A stretch of 62,326 nt of DNA, counting the filler. It is 9 parts of 9 records of this genome, joined end to end, with 100 filler letters (N's around TTAATTAATTAA, not from the genome) between each part and the next. Parts side by side here need not be neighbours in the genome. Positions count along the whole stretch, not along the records: positions 1 to 11,999 come from SRR31156797_73335; 8 more parts are not named here. The stretch is one strand, 5' to 3'. A model generated the notes under the pieces. That model saw only the letters and a program-made list of their open reading frames with translations. It ran no database searches and was not told the DNA's origin. Each line of letters opens with the position of its first letter. Positions within the stretch are counted from its first letter, which is position 1. The position numbers were made by a program, and so were the translations under genes. This document shows, piece by piece, positions 1 to 9,190 of the stretch.

Positions 1-1286
1 TATCTTTTACCGGTTTTAATCGGCGCTTTCAGTCCGACCCCTTTCCCCGGAAGGAACTCGATGTAGCCGTGGGTTCCCACGGAAACCATAACGTCCGAGT
101 TTTCCTGTACCCATTTGTAAGTGGCCAGGCATTGGTGGGTGGGCGGAATGGTGGGTTCATGAAGGATTCTGCAGACCTTGCCGTCGCAGCGGGCCCCGTA
201 GCACCCCCTTTTCGGTTCCACCAGCACATTGACGTTTCCGAAACTGATCCCGGTGACAACGATGTTGCCGTCGTGAACCATCCCCTCCCCGGGGGGATCG
301 CCCCAGCCGTCGATCATCTTTTTCCGGGCGCCGGCCGGAAGTGGGGAAAACCACCCCTCGTATTTTTCGGGATCGATCAGGGCGATGGCGCCCCCTTTCC
401 GCACGATCTCATCCACGGTGGTCCATCGAAACTCGCTGATGGCCTTTTTCCCCATGATCAGATCGATGAGGGCTTTTCCGTCCGCCGGGCATCCGGAAAC
501 ATTGTACCCTTCCGCCGCCATCCGTCGCATCATTTCGACGGTGCTCTCCAGGGTATCCAGGCCGGCCCCTCCCGCAACGGACGCCTCCACCCCGGCACAG
601 GGGCTCTTATGGAGAAGGAAGGTCACCCGCCGCTCGCAAAGGGGAAGTCTGCCCAGATGAAGCCAGGCCATAACCCTCTCCAGCAGGAAATCGACCCTCT
701 CGGGAATCGGTTTCCGGAGGCCGTAGGCGTCTTCATCCTCCGACTCCCGGGCGCTCACCACCACCGGTTCAACGGTTCCGTTGAATTCCGGTTGCGCCAC
801 CCAGTAGATCTGATTGGAAGGGTGCAGCCCCTGGGGGTCTTCCTCCCATTGCGCCCTTGTCCTTGAGCTGGAATGCACCGCCTGAATCACGGGCACATTG
901 AGGGTTTCCAGGATGGTGGGGGGTCTTTCTTCTCCCTGGGACAACGGTAGGAGAAAAGAGGCCTCGCAGTTGATGATCAGGTCCACCCCCTTGAGGAGCG
1001 CCAGATTTTCCTCCGGACCGGGGCAATCGGCCCCCCCGTACTCCTGTTTCTGTGCAAAAACCGCAACGGGAAAAACATCCCGTTTTTCAAGACCCTTCAT
1101 GAGCTGGTTGACCAAATCCAGGTCTTTCCTTACGAGAAGGCTTCTGGGGAAATAAATACCCACCCTTTGTGAAGCGCCGTAATCCATCGATGGGTACCTC
1201 GCCCCGTACCATTTAAGATATGCTCCCCGCCTTTCAAACAGGCCCCGCGCTTCATGGTGATAGAATCCGCTCCATGGAATTTCCAT
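1..1286 (-). CDS. CobN/BchH-family chelatase-like protein, Cys-rich subfamily; 3' end truncated by the window edge
   Basis: Missing from the ORF track because it has no stop. Manual translation from ATG 1286 gives MEIPWSGFYH...AQPEFNGTVEP...PCAGVEASVAGGAGLDTLES...KAISEFRWTTV...EPKRGCYGARCDGKVCRILHEPTIPPTHQCLATYKW...VGTHGYIEFLPGKGVGL, which contains CobN motifs. Confidence 0.88.
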   Translation of the reverse strand, partial: MEIPWSGFYHHEARGLFERRGAYLKWYGARYPSMDYGASQRVGIYFPRSLLVRKDLDLVNQLMKGLEKRDVFPVAVFAQKQEYGGADCPGPEENLALLKGVDLIINCEASFLLPLSQGEERPPTILETLNVPVIQAVHSSSRTRAQWEEDPQGLHPSNQIYWVAQPEFNGTVEPVVVSARESEDEDAYGLRKPIPERVDFLLERVMAWLHLGRLPLCERRVTFLLHKSPCAGVEASVAGGAGLDTLESTVEMMRRMAAEGYNVSGCPADGKALIDLIMGKKAISEFRWTTVDEIVRKGGAIALIDPEKYEGWFSPLPAGARKKMIDGWGDPPGEGMVHDGNIVVTGISFGNVNVLVEPKRGCYGARCDGKVCRILHEPTIPPTHQCLATYKWVQENSDVMVSVGTHGYIEFLPGKGVGLKAPIKTGKR

Positions 1287-1326
1287 TTTTTTCCTCTCTC
1301 CGGGGTTGTTTTTCCCTTTTTCCACC

Positions 1327-2106
1327 TTACGGCCCCTTTCCGTTTACCGGTCCGATGGGCAGAATGTAGGGACGGCCGTTGTTCCGGTTGATTTCCGTTT
1401 CCACCCCGTAGACCGTTGCGATGTTTTCAGGGGTCATGACCTGATCCGGCGAACCCGTGCAAAACATTTTCCCCCTGCTCAACATCAATATGGTATCCGC
1501 GAATCGGCACGTGAGGTTCAGATCGTGCATGGCCAGGATGGCAGCGGCCCCTTTTTTTTTGGCTGTGCTGGAAATCATCTCCATGACCTCCATCTGATGC
1601 CTTAAATCCAGGTTGCTGGTGGGTTCATCCAGCAGCAGGCAGTCGGTTTCCTGGGCAAACGCCCTGGCCAGAAGGACCTTCTGCTGCTGCCCTCCGCTCA
1701 GTTGATCAAAGGACCTTAAGGCGATATCCGAAAGGTTCATATTCCCGAGAAGGCCGGATACGATCTTCAGATCATCCTCCGTAGGCCGCCATGAAATATA
1801 GGGTCTTCTCCCCATGAGAACGGTCTCGAAAACCGTCACGGGAAATTTGGCGGGCGTTGCCTGGGGCACGTATCCGATCCGTTTTGCAAGGTCGTTTCCA
1901 CTCATGCGGAAGACATCCTTGCCGTCGATCCGGATGCTCCCCTTTTCCGGCCTGGTAATCCCCGCGATACAGCGTAAAAGGGTGGATTTTCCCGCACCGT
2001 TGGATCCCACAATACCCAGGATCTCCCCTTTACGGAGTTTCAGGCCGATGTCCGCCAGAACTTCTGTTTTTTTGTATTTGAAAAAAAGCCCGCTGATCTT
2101 CAGCAT
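1327..2106 (-). CDS. Fe-siderophore/cobalamin ABC transporter ATPase
   Basis: GSNGAGKS, LSGGQQQ, LLLDEPT, MHDLN; start MLKISG overlaps the permease stop (TAATG). Confidence 0.95.
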   Translation of the reverse strand: MLKISGLFFKYKKTEVLADIGLKLRKGEILGIVGSNGAGKSTLLRCIAGITRPEKGSIRIDGKDVFRMSGNDLAKRIGYVPQATPAKFPVTVFETVLMGRRPYISWRPTEDDLKIVSGLLGNMNLSDIALRSFDQLSGGQQQKVLLARAFAQETDCLLLDEPTSNLDLRHQMEVMEMISSTAKKKGAAAILAMHDLNLTCRFADTILMLSRGKMFCTGSPDQVMTPENIATVYGVETEINRNNGRPYILPIGPVNGKGP

Positions 2107-3140
2107 TACCAGTAGTCCCGCTCCCTTTTCACCAGTAAGTAGAGGAAAAAGGGGACGCCGATAAAGGATGTGACGATCCCGATGGGGATCACCTGGGGCG
2201 ACCAAAGGGTTCTGCCGGCGGTATCCGCCACCAATACGAGGATGGCGCCCATGAGCATGGATGCGGGAAGCAGAAACCGGTGATCACTCCCGATGAGCAT
2301 GCGGCTCATATGGGGAGAGACCAGCCCCACGAACCCGATAACCCCCGTAAAGCATATGGCCCCTGCCGTCACCAGCGAAGCCAGAATAATCCCGCACCTT
2401 CTGATCCTCGTCACGTTCACCCCCAGGGAAATTGCGGAATCATCCCCGCCCGCCAGAAGGTTGAAATCCCATGACCATTTGAGGAGGATGGGCGCAGGCA
2501 AAAGGATCATGGCACCCGCCATGCCGATCTCGCGCCATCCCACCTTGCTAAGGCTTCCGAAAAACCAGAATACGATCTCCTGAACCTGCTCCATGGTTCC
2601 CATGTACTGGAGGAGGGAACTGAGGGAGGAGAACAGGAACATGACGGCGATCCCCGCCAGGATCATGGTCTCCGGGGTAAAACCCTTCAACCGGGCGATT
2701 CCCAGGATAAAAAAGGAGGAAATCAGGGCAAAAAGAAACGCGCTTGCCGCAATATGATACTCCGTACAGAAATCCGCGCCCAATACAATGGCCATCACCG
2801 CCCCGAATCCCGCACCGGAGGCCGTCCCCAGGGTAAAGGGGGATGCAAGGGGATTTTTCAACAGGGCCTGGAACACGGTTCCGGCCAGGGCCAATCCGGC
2901 CCCCGCCAAAACGGCCATCACCATGCGGGGAAGCCGCAACTTCCAGATAATGGCGTGGCCGGCGTGGGAGTGGTCGAACAGGGCTTCAAGGGAGCCTTTA
3001 AACCCCATGGCGGAGGGGCCTTGTGAAAGGGCCATTAAGGCCGCGCAAAAAAGAATCATGGAGAATAAAAACAGCAACAAAACCTTTCTTCCGGAAAGGC
3101 GTTTAAATTGCTCGGATAGGTCTTCCGCTAAAACGGGCAT
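2106..3140 (-). CDS. FecCD/BtuC-family ABC permease
   Basis: LRLPR, NPLASPFTLG, GVIGFVGLVSPH motifs; hydrophobic; likely start MPVLAED. Confidence 0.95.
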   Translation of the reverse strand: MPVLAEDLSEQFKRLSGRKVLLLFLFSMILFCAALMALSQGPSAMGFKGSLEALFDHSHAGHAIIWKLRLPRMVMAVLAGAGLALAGTVFQALLKNPLASPFTLGTASGAGFGAVMAIVLGADFCTEYHIAASAFLFALISSFFILGIARLKGFTPETMILAGIAVMFLFSSLSSLLQYMGTMEQVQEIVFWFFGSLSKVGWREIGMAGAMILLPAPILLKWSWDFNLLAGGDDSAISLGVNVTRIRRCGIILASLVTAGAICFTGVIGFVGLVSPHMSRMLIGSDHRFLLPASMLMGAILVLVADTAGRTLWSPQVIPIGIVTSFIGVPFFLYLLVKRERDYW

Positions 3141-3163
3141 CTGAAATATAACTTCCCCATTGA

Positions 3164-4201
3164 TCAATCCGCAAAGACGCCCCGGCATTGGATGCCCTGA
3201 AACCCTTTGAGATATGCTTCATGAATTTTTTTCGGATCCACATCCTTGAACAAACCGGGATAAAACCGTTTCGCCATATACATAACACCGATAACGGCCC
3301 TCGGACCTGTCCAGATGCTGCTTTCAAGCACATACACCTTTCCCTCCCGAACCGCCCGGATATTCTCCCAGGCGGGCCGGGCCATAATCTCTGCTTGAAT
3401 GGTTTTCAGACGCTCCGATTCAGCCGTGCCGCAGGCCTTGCCGAATGCGGCCGCCTTGATGATCACCCGGGGGTTCTTTACCAGCACCCATTCGGGCGTC
3501 ACCTCCGGATAAGGAATGGAGAAATCCTCCGCCACGTTCCGGCCCCCCGCCATCAGGCACATCTCATTGCCGCCGGATCCGGGCCCCGCAGCATGGTACT
3601 TGGCGTAACCCTCGACATACACTTGAGGCCGACGGTCCGCCCGTTTCAGCCTTTTTTGGACGAGATCCCTTCCTCCCCGATACCATTTTATGAGCCGCTC
3701 CGCCTCCTTTTCCCGGTTCAGGATCCGCCCCAGGGTTCTCACCTCCCCTTCAAAGGTGTTCAATTTGTAAAAGTCAAGGCGCACCACCTGTATGCCGAGG
3801 GAACCCAGCTTCCTTTCCATGGCCGGACCGGGACGCCGGGCATAGGCGATGACCAGGTCGGGATCAAGCTGGGCAATGAGTTCAAAATTGGGATTCCGCC
3901 AGCTGCCGATGCTCGGCCGGTCCTTCAGTTGGGGCCAGAAACGGGGATCATCCGAGATACCGCTGTTGACGCCTTTCACAAACCCTTGAGCATCAACGGC
4001 GCGGATCACCTCCAGGGCGTCGGACGTCAGGACCACGATTTTTTTTACCGGAAGCCTCACCTCCATGGACCGCCCGTTTGCGTCCACGATGCTGATTTTT
4101 TCGCCCGCTGTTTTCCGGGTATTGTTTTGCAGGGCGTGGGCGTTGGAGAGACACCCCAAAAAAGCGGCACAAACCAGAAGAAGCCGGATATGGGGAACCA
4201 C
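3164..4201 (-). CDS. Periplasmic binding protein (BtuF/FecB class)
   Basis: Signal peptide; PNFELIAQLDPDLVI, AWENIRAVREGKVY, GPRAVIG; GTG start after GGAGG. Confidence 0.92.
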   Translation of the reverse strand: MVPHIRLLLVCAAFLGCLSNAHALQNNTRKTAGEKISIVDANGRSMEVRLPVKKIVVLTSDALEVIRAVDAQGFVKGVNSGISDDPRFWPQLKDRPSIGSWRNPNFELIAQLDPDLVIAYARRPGPAMERKLGSLGIQVVRLDFYKLNTFEGEVRTLGRILNREKEAERLIKWYRGGRDLVQKRLKRADRRPQVYVEGYAKYHAAGPGSGGNEMCLMAGGRNVAEDFSIPYPEVTPEWVLVKNPRVIIKAAAFGKACGTAESERLKTIQAEIMARPAWENIRAVREGKVYVLESSIWTGPRAVIGVMYMAKRFYPGLFKDVDPKKIHEAYLKGFQGIQCRGVFAD

Positions 4202-4224
4202 AAGACCTCCCTTGTATCTTCCCT

Positions 4225-6411
4225 TTAATATCTGAAGGTTAATTCGCACAGAAAGGTCCTTCCGTTCTGCTTGTAATATTCGTAATACTCCGTACCAAAA
4301 ACATTATCTACGCAAAGGGAGACATCCCCCCATTTAAACGGGGTGAAGGTCACCTTTGCATCCACCAAAAAGGCCGGTTCGTAGGTGCCGTAGACCCCTT
4401 CCGCCGTGTCCCGATTGTCCGAGTTGTTGTATATCTTGCTGAAGTACCTTCCGATGATGCTCCCCCTGAACCACCGCTGCTCCGCCTCCAGGGCGATATT
4501 GTACATATACCGGGGAATACCGGGCACCATTTTGTCCTCGGAATCCGGATCCGCGGGGTTGTGGGTAATCTTGGCATCGGTGTAGGAAAAATTCCCCCAT
4601 GCCCTGAGCCAGCTTAAAATCTGCTGGTGTACGCCGAATTCCACGCCGATGGTCCGTGCCCTGCCCGCGTTCATGCGCGTCTTGGTCTTTGCGGAACTAT
4701 CGTATTGATAGTAAATCAGATCATCGATATCATTGTAATAACCCGTAAGGGAAAGCCGGGTCCGGCCATCAAAAAAAGTCTGATCCGCGCCCAGTTCGTA
4801 GGCCCACAGGGTCTCGGGCTTCAGATGGGGATTGCTCCGGTAGGTGGTCCCGTATGAGGTCCAGGTTCGATAGAGCTCATAAAGGGTGGGGGCGCGAAAG
4901 GCGTGTCCCACGGAACCTTTTATGGTCGTGTTTTCAAGCACATTCCAGACACCGGCCACCTTGGGGCTCACCTGGCTTTCGCTGTTGCCGCCGTAGGCGT
5001 TAACGGCGCCGGTGGCGCCGGATGCCCCGTCATACACTTTCCACGAATCAAAACGACACCCCAGATAGAGGGTAAAAGGATCAATGATCCGCCATTCATC
5101 CTGGGCGAACAGGGCCCAGGTCCTGTCCTTTCCGCCCGAATAGAAGGTGCTGGCGCTTTTGTTGTCGTAGATTCGATAGTAGGGCACGTCATAATCGTTG
5201 GTGTCCGAACTGTCGCTTCTGTAGGCCCCCCCCACGGTCAGAAGATGCGCATCCCCGAGGGACGTACTCCCCCTGATCTCCCCGAACCAGGCCCGGCTCT
5301 CGGTCTCCTTGAGTGTTCCCGGAGAATCATAGTAGGTTTTTTTGGAGCCGCCGGATTCCTGGGTATAGGCGTCGTCCACCCTTACGGTACCGCCCTGGGC
5401 TTCCATCTGAATTCCGCCGAACACCTCCTTGAAAGCAAGGGTATACACGTCGGTATCGTTCTTCCCCTTTCCCGTATAGGTGATGAAATTATTGGGCGAA
5501 AAGGTGGCTTTTTTTTGGGAACCCGCCATGGCGGAACCTGAAAAGGTGCCCATATAGGTGTGGGGGGGGCCGTACTCATATTTGTGCCGGCCGCACACGG
5601 CGGTAAAGGCAAGGGAGCCGGTTTCGGAAAAATCAAACACGGCCTTCACGTTCAGATCGCTCTTCTCCGCGCCGTTGTCCCCCTTGTCGCCCACCACCCA
5701 TCGGGTGGGATTTCCGTATTTATCATCCATGGGATATCCCCCCGTATCCGTTCCCGTGCCTTTCTTGATGCTTCTGACCACCGGAGTGGCGGCGTACCCG
5801 TCCGTGGATTCGCTCTCATATCCCACCCGCAGGCTCAATTTATCCAGGAACCGGTCCCCCACGCTCATGCGGTAGCGTCTGGTATTATCGGTGCCGTATC
5901 CCCCGGTGATGCCGGCTTCCAACTTTTCCGGGGTCTTGGTGATGATGTGGATCACGCCGCCCATGGCGTTTCCGCCGTAAAGGGCCGATGCGGCCCCCTG
6001 TATCACTTCTATGCGATCGATGTTTTCCACCGGCAGGGTAGACCAGTCCACCCCCCCGGTATAGGCATCATTTAAGGGTTGCCCGTCCAGAAGGACCAGG
6101 GTGTACTGGTCGCCGCTGAATCCCCGCATCCTCACGGAGGTGGTGGCATCCATCAGCCCCTTGCTCCTTTTGACGAAAGTGCCGGAGATGTATTTAAGGG
6201 CATCGTCAAGGGTATCCATGTTCCGCAACGCCATCTCCTCATCCGTAATGACCGTAACGGTGCCTGGAGCATCGGCAATGTTCTTTTCGGTCTTGGTTGC
6301 CGTCACCACCATGGTATCCAATCTGTGAGCTTCTTTTTCTTCGGCCCGGCCGCTTCCGGCCAAAGATAAGGCCGCAATTATCATCGGAACAAACACCTTC
6401 ATAGGTTCCAT
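4225..6411 (-). CDS. TonB-dependent outer membrane receptor
   Basis: TonB box DTMVVTAT; plug motif IDRIEVIQGAASALYGGNAMGGVI; RAPTLYELY, NPHLKPE; C-terminal aromatic residue. Confidence 0.96.
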   Translation of the reverse strand: MEPMKVFVPMIIAALSLAGSGRAEEKEAHRLDTMVVTATKTEKNIADAPGTVTVITDEEMALRNMDTLDDALKYISGTFVKRSKGLMDATTSVRMRGFSGDQYTLVLLDGQPLNDAYTGGVDWSTLPVENIDRIEVIQGAASALYGGNAMGGVIHIITKTPEKLEAGITGGYGTDNTRRYRMSVGDRFLDKLSLRVGYESESTDGYAATPVVRSIKKGTGTDTGGYPMDDKYGNPTRWVVGDKGDNGAEKSDLNVKAVFDFSETGSLAFTAVCGRHKYEYGPPHTYMGTFSGSAMAGSQKKATFSPNNFITYTGKGKNDTDVYTLAFKEVFGGIQMEAQGGTVRVDDAYTQESGGSKKTYYDSPGTLKETESRAWFGEIRGSTSLGDAHLLTVGGAYRSDSSDTNDYDVPYYRIYDNKSASTFYSGGKDRTWALFAQDEWRIIDPFTLYLGCRFDSWKVYDGASGATGAVNAYGGNSESQVSPKVAGVWNVLENTTIKGSVGHAFRAPTLYELYRTWTSYGTTYRSNPHLKPETLWAYELGADQTFFDGRTRLSLTGYYNDIDDLIYYQYDSSAKTKTRMNAGRARTIGVEFGVHQQILSWLRAWGNFSYTDAKITHNPADPDSEDKMVPGIPRYMYNIALEAEQRWFRGSIIGRYFSKIYNNSDNRDTAEGVYGTYEPAFLVDAKVTFTPFKWGDVSLCVDNVFGTEYYEYYKQNGRTFLCELTFRY

Positions 6412-6611
6412 CTTATACCCTCCGTGAAATGGTTACCCCCATGTTGACGCACCGACGCTCCGGTGGTATAAAGATGAAGCGAAGCATCCGTCCATAGGTT
6501 GCTTTACGGGGAGGGCGGCCGGAATATCCTTGCCGGGAATCGGCTGCCTTCCTTACGTTCCATGGATTTATGGAATTCTTACCGTTTTCGGTTGCCTGTT
6601 AAGCCCTCCCC

Positions 6612-6671
6612 AAAAAAAAAAGCCAAGAAGGCGATTACGGGGTTTCAACCCGATGGCGCCTTCTTGGCTTT
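6612..6671 (-). terminator. Strong intrinsic terminator in the leader of the TonB operon
   Basis: Perfect 15-bp arms AAAGCCAAGAAGGCG / CGCCTTCTTGGCTTT ending in a 10-U run on the minus strand. Confidence 0.8.
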
Positions 6672-6742
6672 AACGTTTATTTATTAGGGGTACTGAAGTT
6701 TTTCCTGCTTATGCGCAACTTCCTGTTGCGCAGTTTTCGGTA

Positions 6743-6771
6743 TGTTTAGATGAAGGGCGGCGGTTTGTCAA
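6743..6771 (-). promoter_or_regulatory. sigma70-like promoter for the TonB operon leader
   Basis: TTGACA-17 nt-TAAACA on the minus strand. Confidence 0.55.
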
Positions 6772-6908
6772 GCCAAATCGAAACAGCTTTCGAACCTGAA
6801 GTGGATGTTCATCCAGGAGGTGATTTCATTGAACAAGGCGCTGCCGTCAAGGGACCGGGCGATCTTTTGGAGAGAACTTCGGGATCGTCAATATCCACAA
6901 AGGCATTT

Positions 6909-7463
6909 TCAGGAGACCGGATCTTTTTCCAGGCAATGGAGCCGTTCCTTGAATTCACAGGAGAATTCTTCGGACTGGGCAATGCACTTTTCAGGGGTCC
7001 ACCGGTCGCGACGATATTCCGCAAAATGTTCGAGCCAGTTATCCCCAACCCTGGGGCATACCTGCATAAACGCCATAAAGTCGGTGAGACTGTCCAAGGT
7101 CTCGGCGCTCAAAGAATGCTCCATCTTACAAGCCTCGCCATCGGCCGTTTTGGCATCAATTTTCAGGATCCCGGTCAAAAAACTGCGCAGAATCACATGC
7201 CTTCGGCGCATTTCACGACCCACGTCGGCACCCTTTTCGGTCGGTTCCACGTACTCGTATTTTTCGTAATGAACAAGCCCCCGCTTGCTCAGGGTCTTGA
7301 GCATGCTGGTCACCGTCGGCATTTTGACGCCCAACCGCTTGGCGATATCTTTCACCCGAACCACTTTCTTTTCTTTATCCAGATCGAAAATTGCTTCCAG
7401 ATAATCTTCCATAACGGGGGTCAGGGGCTTTTCCGCCGAGATGTCTGTATTCGCTTTATCCAT
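6909..7463 (-). CDS. DtxR/MntR-family metal-dependent repressor
   Basis: MEDYLEAIF, HTH VKDIAKRLGVKMPTVTSML, RRHVILRSFL, EACKMEH metal site. Confidence 0.95.
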   Translation of the reverse strand: MDKANTDISAEKPLTPVMEDYLEAIFDLDKEKKVVRVKDIAKRLGVKMPTVTSMLKTLSKRGLVHYEKYEYVEPTEKGADVGREMRRRHVILRSFLTGILKIDAKTADGEACKMEHSLSAETLDSLTDFMAFMQVCPRVGDNWLEHFAEYRRDRWTPEKCIAQSEEFSCEFKERLHCLEKDPVS

Positions 7464-7477
7464 GGAGTCCTACTTTA

Positions 7478-7533
7478 GTTAGAAGTTGCTAACATATTTC
7501 TGAAAACTTACACTCAAAAGATCCGGGTGTCAA
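7478..7533 (-). promoter_or_regulatory. sigma70 promoter with downstream palindromic operator (putative autoregulation)
   Basis: TTGACA-17-TAAGTT (7533-7505); GTTAG-N6-CTAAC palindrome at 7478-7493 just before the RBS. Confidence 0.6.
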
Positions 7534-7614
7534 GTCTTTTTTTCGACCACAACAATTCTCCCTACGGATATGTCCGTGTTTCCCCAGTAAACTTGCAACT
7601 TATCTGTAAGCCGC

Positions 7615-8062
7615 TAAACAAACATCGATATCAAGAAAAATGACGAAACTGATGGTTGCTGCCATTCCCAGGGAGATGACAACGGCCGACAACAATCCCA
7701 GCATGAACGCATCCATGGACAGACAGAAAAGGAGCACCATAACCACCCCGGGACACGGAACCAGACCCACCGCCAGGGCCCAGGGGACAAAACTTTTTTG
7801 ACCCGTCTTTAAGGGGGGTGTCTTTCACTCCCAAAACACAAAGGATCCCTGAAAAACCGTGGAAAAGTGCAATGAGTGCGCTGAACAACAAACCGCCGCC
7901 GAGGGTGGCATTTCGGGAGAGCATGAACGACATGGCCACGGCCTTGCCGTGTCCGGGCCCGGCCGCATGCAGCGCCCCGTAACCGAAGGCCATCAGAAGT
8001 ACAACCATCAGGGGCATGATGCGTTTTTCGGTCTTCGCCTGTCGGATCAAGGCGGCAATTTT
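7615..8062 (-). pseudogene. Ni/Co transporter (RcnA/NiCoT-like), fragmented
   Basis: YGALHAAGPGHGK motif in one frame and WALAVGLVPCPGVVMVLLF in another; N-terminus and middle part missing. Confidence 0.8.
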
Positions 8063-8679
8063 CCGTTTTTCAATCTGAACCTCACGGTGGCCTCATCTGG
8101 ATAGATCTGGTCAAAAAAATAAGCCTCGGCCTTGTTTTTTTGGATCCGGTTGCGAACTTCAAAAGCGCCGTGGTTCTTCAGGACGATCGGATCTTTCCCC
8201 ATAAAAATACTGGTGTAGAACTCCCTATCGTAAACGGATATATTGACCTCTTTCCATGTGCGCGTAGCACGCACATGGCAGGGAACGAAAAAGCGATAAA
8301 TCAGGATATGGTTTTCGATCTGGGCGGAAAAATTCTTCACGTATTTCACCTGAAACGGTTTTTGGCCTATTTTGATATGGGTGAAATAGTCAAACTCCCG
8401 CAGGTTGGAAAAGGCGCCTTCCTTAACCGCTTTGACTTCAGAGGGTTCAAACCGTCCGTTCCGGTTATCGTCAAAATCCAGAATAATCATACTGCTGAAC
8501 ATCTCGTCAAAGGCCCATCTGATCTCAAACCCCGAAAGGCCTTTTTGATCAAAGACCACCGTAATCCCATTGGACATGAACACATGGGGATGGGCCCGGG
8601 ACAGGGGGACCGACAGGGGCAGAAAAAGCGTGAAACTCACAAAAAACAAAAAAATTCGATGCAACATCATTTCGGCCAT
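8047..8679 (-). CDS. DUF1007-family periplasmic protein (HPHVF motif)
   Basis: Signal peptide then AHPHVF, WAFDEMFS, YDREFY; usual partner of RcnA-like transporters. Confidence 0.85.
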   Translation of the reverse strand: MAEMMLHRIFLFFVSFTLFLPLSVPLSRAHPHVFMSNGITVVFDQKGLSGFEIRWAFDEMFSSMIILDFDDNRNGRFEPSEVKAVKEGAFSNLREFDYFTHIKIGQKPFQVKYVKNFSAQIENHILIYRFFVPCHVRATRTWKEVNISVYDREFYTSIFMGKDPIVLKNHGAFEVRNRIQKNKAEAYFFDQIYPDEATVRFRLKNGKLPP

Positions 8680-8828
8680 CCGAGTTTCCGCTCCGCAGAC
8701 GACAGCGGGAGGATTTATCACCATGAACGGCTCGAAATGTATTTCAGGTGTAAGCGGTTGTCAAGATGCGACGTTTTTTTAACGGGCCATGGGCAAAGCG
8801 CTTTCAGGGGTTTCCGGCGATCCCGCCG

Positions 8829-9190
8829 CTATTTCCGCGCAATATCCATATCCAACGGGCCCATGGGCGTTTCCATGGTAAAGGTCCGCTTTCTTTCAAT
8901 GGGCCCATCCAGAATTTCACGTACACTTTCAGAAAGTTCCGCGATGGTAAAAGGCTTCTGAATGAACGTGCGGCACCCGCTGCACATAATTTTATTCGCC
9001 TGTTCGCCGATGGCATGGCCTGCCATGCGTTGATCAACAGATTCAGCAGCACCTGTTCCATCTGACTGCGGTCAGCATCCACCACCACGGCCCCTTTGTC
9101 CAAATCCATGTGAATCCGAAGACCTTTTTTGGTTCTTCCGAAATGGCTTCGCGGGCACTTTGAAAAAAATATGGTGTTCCCGTTCACTTT
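8829..9190 (-). pseudogene. Hybrid histidine kinase remnant
   Basis: HATPase start (ADRSQMEQVLLNLLINAWQAMP) joined out of frame to a receiver C-terminus (FIQKPFTIAELSESVREILD). Confidence 0.75.

Noticed and set aside
6412-6780. Cobalamin riboswitch upstream of the BtuB-like operon
   Set aside because: The conserved B12-box elements (GCCACTG, AGYCAGRANACC) are not visible on the coding strand.
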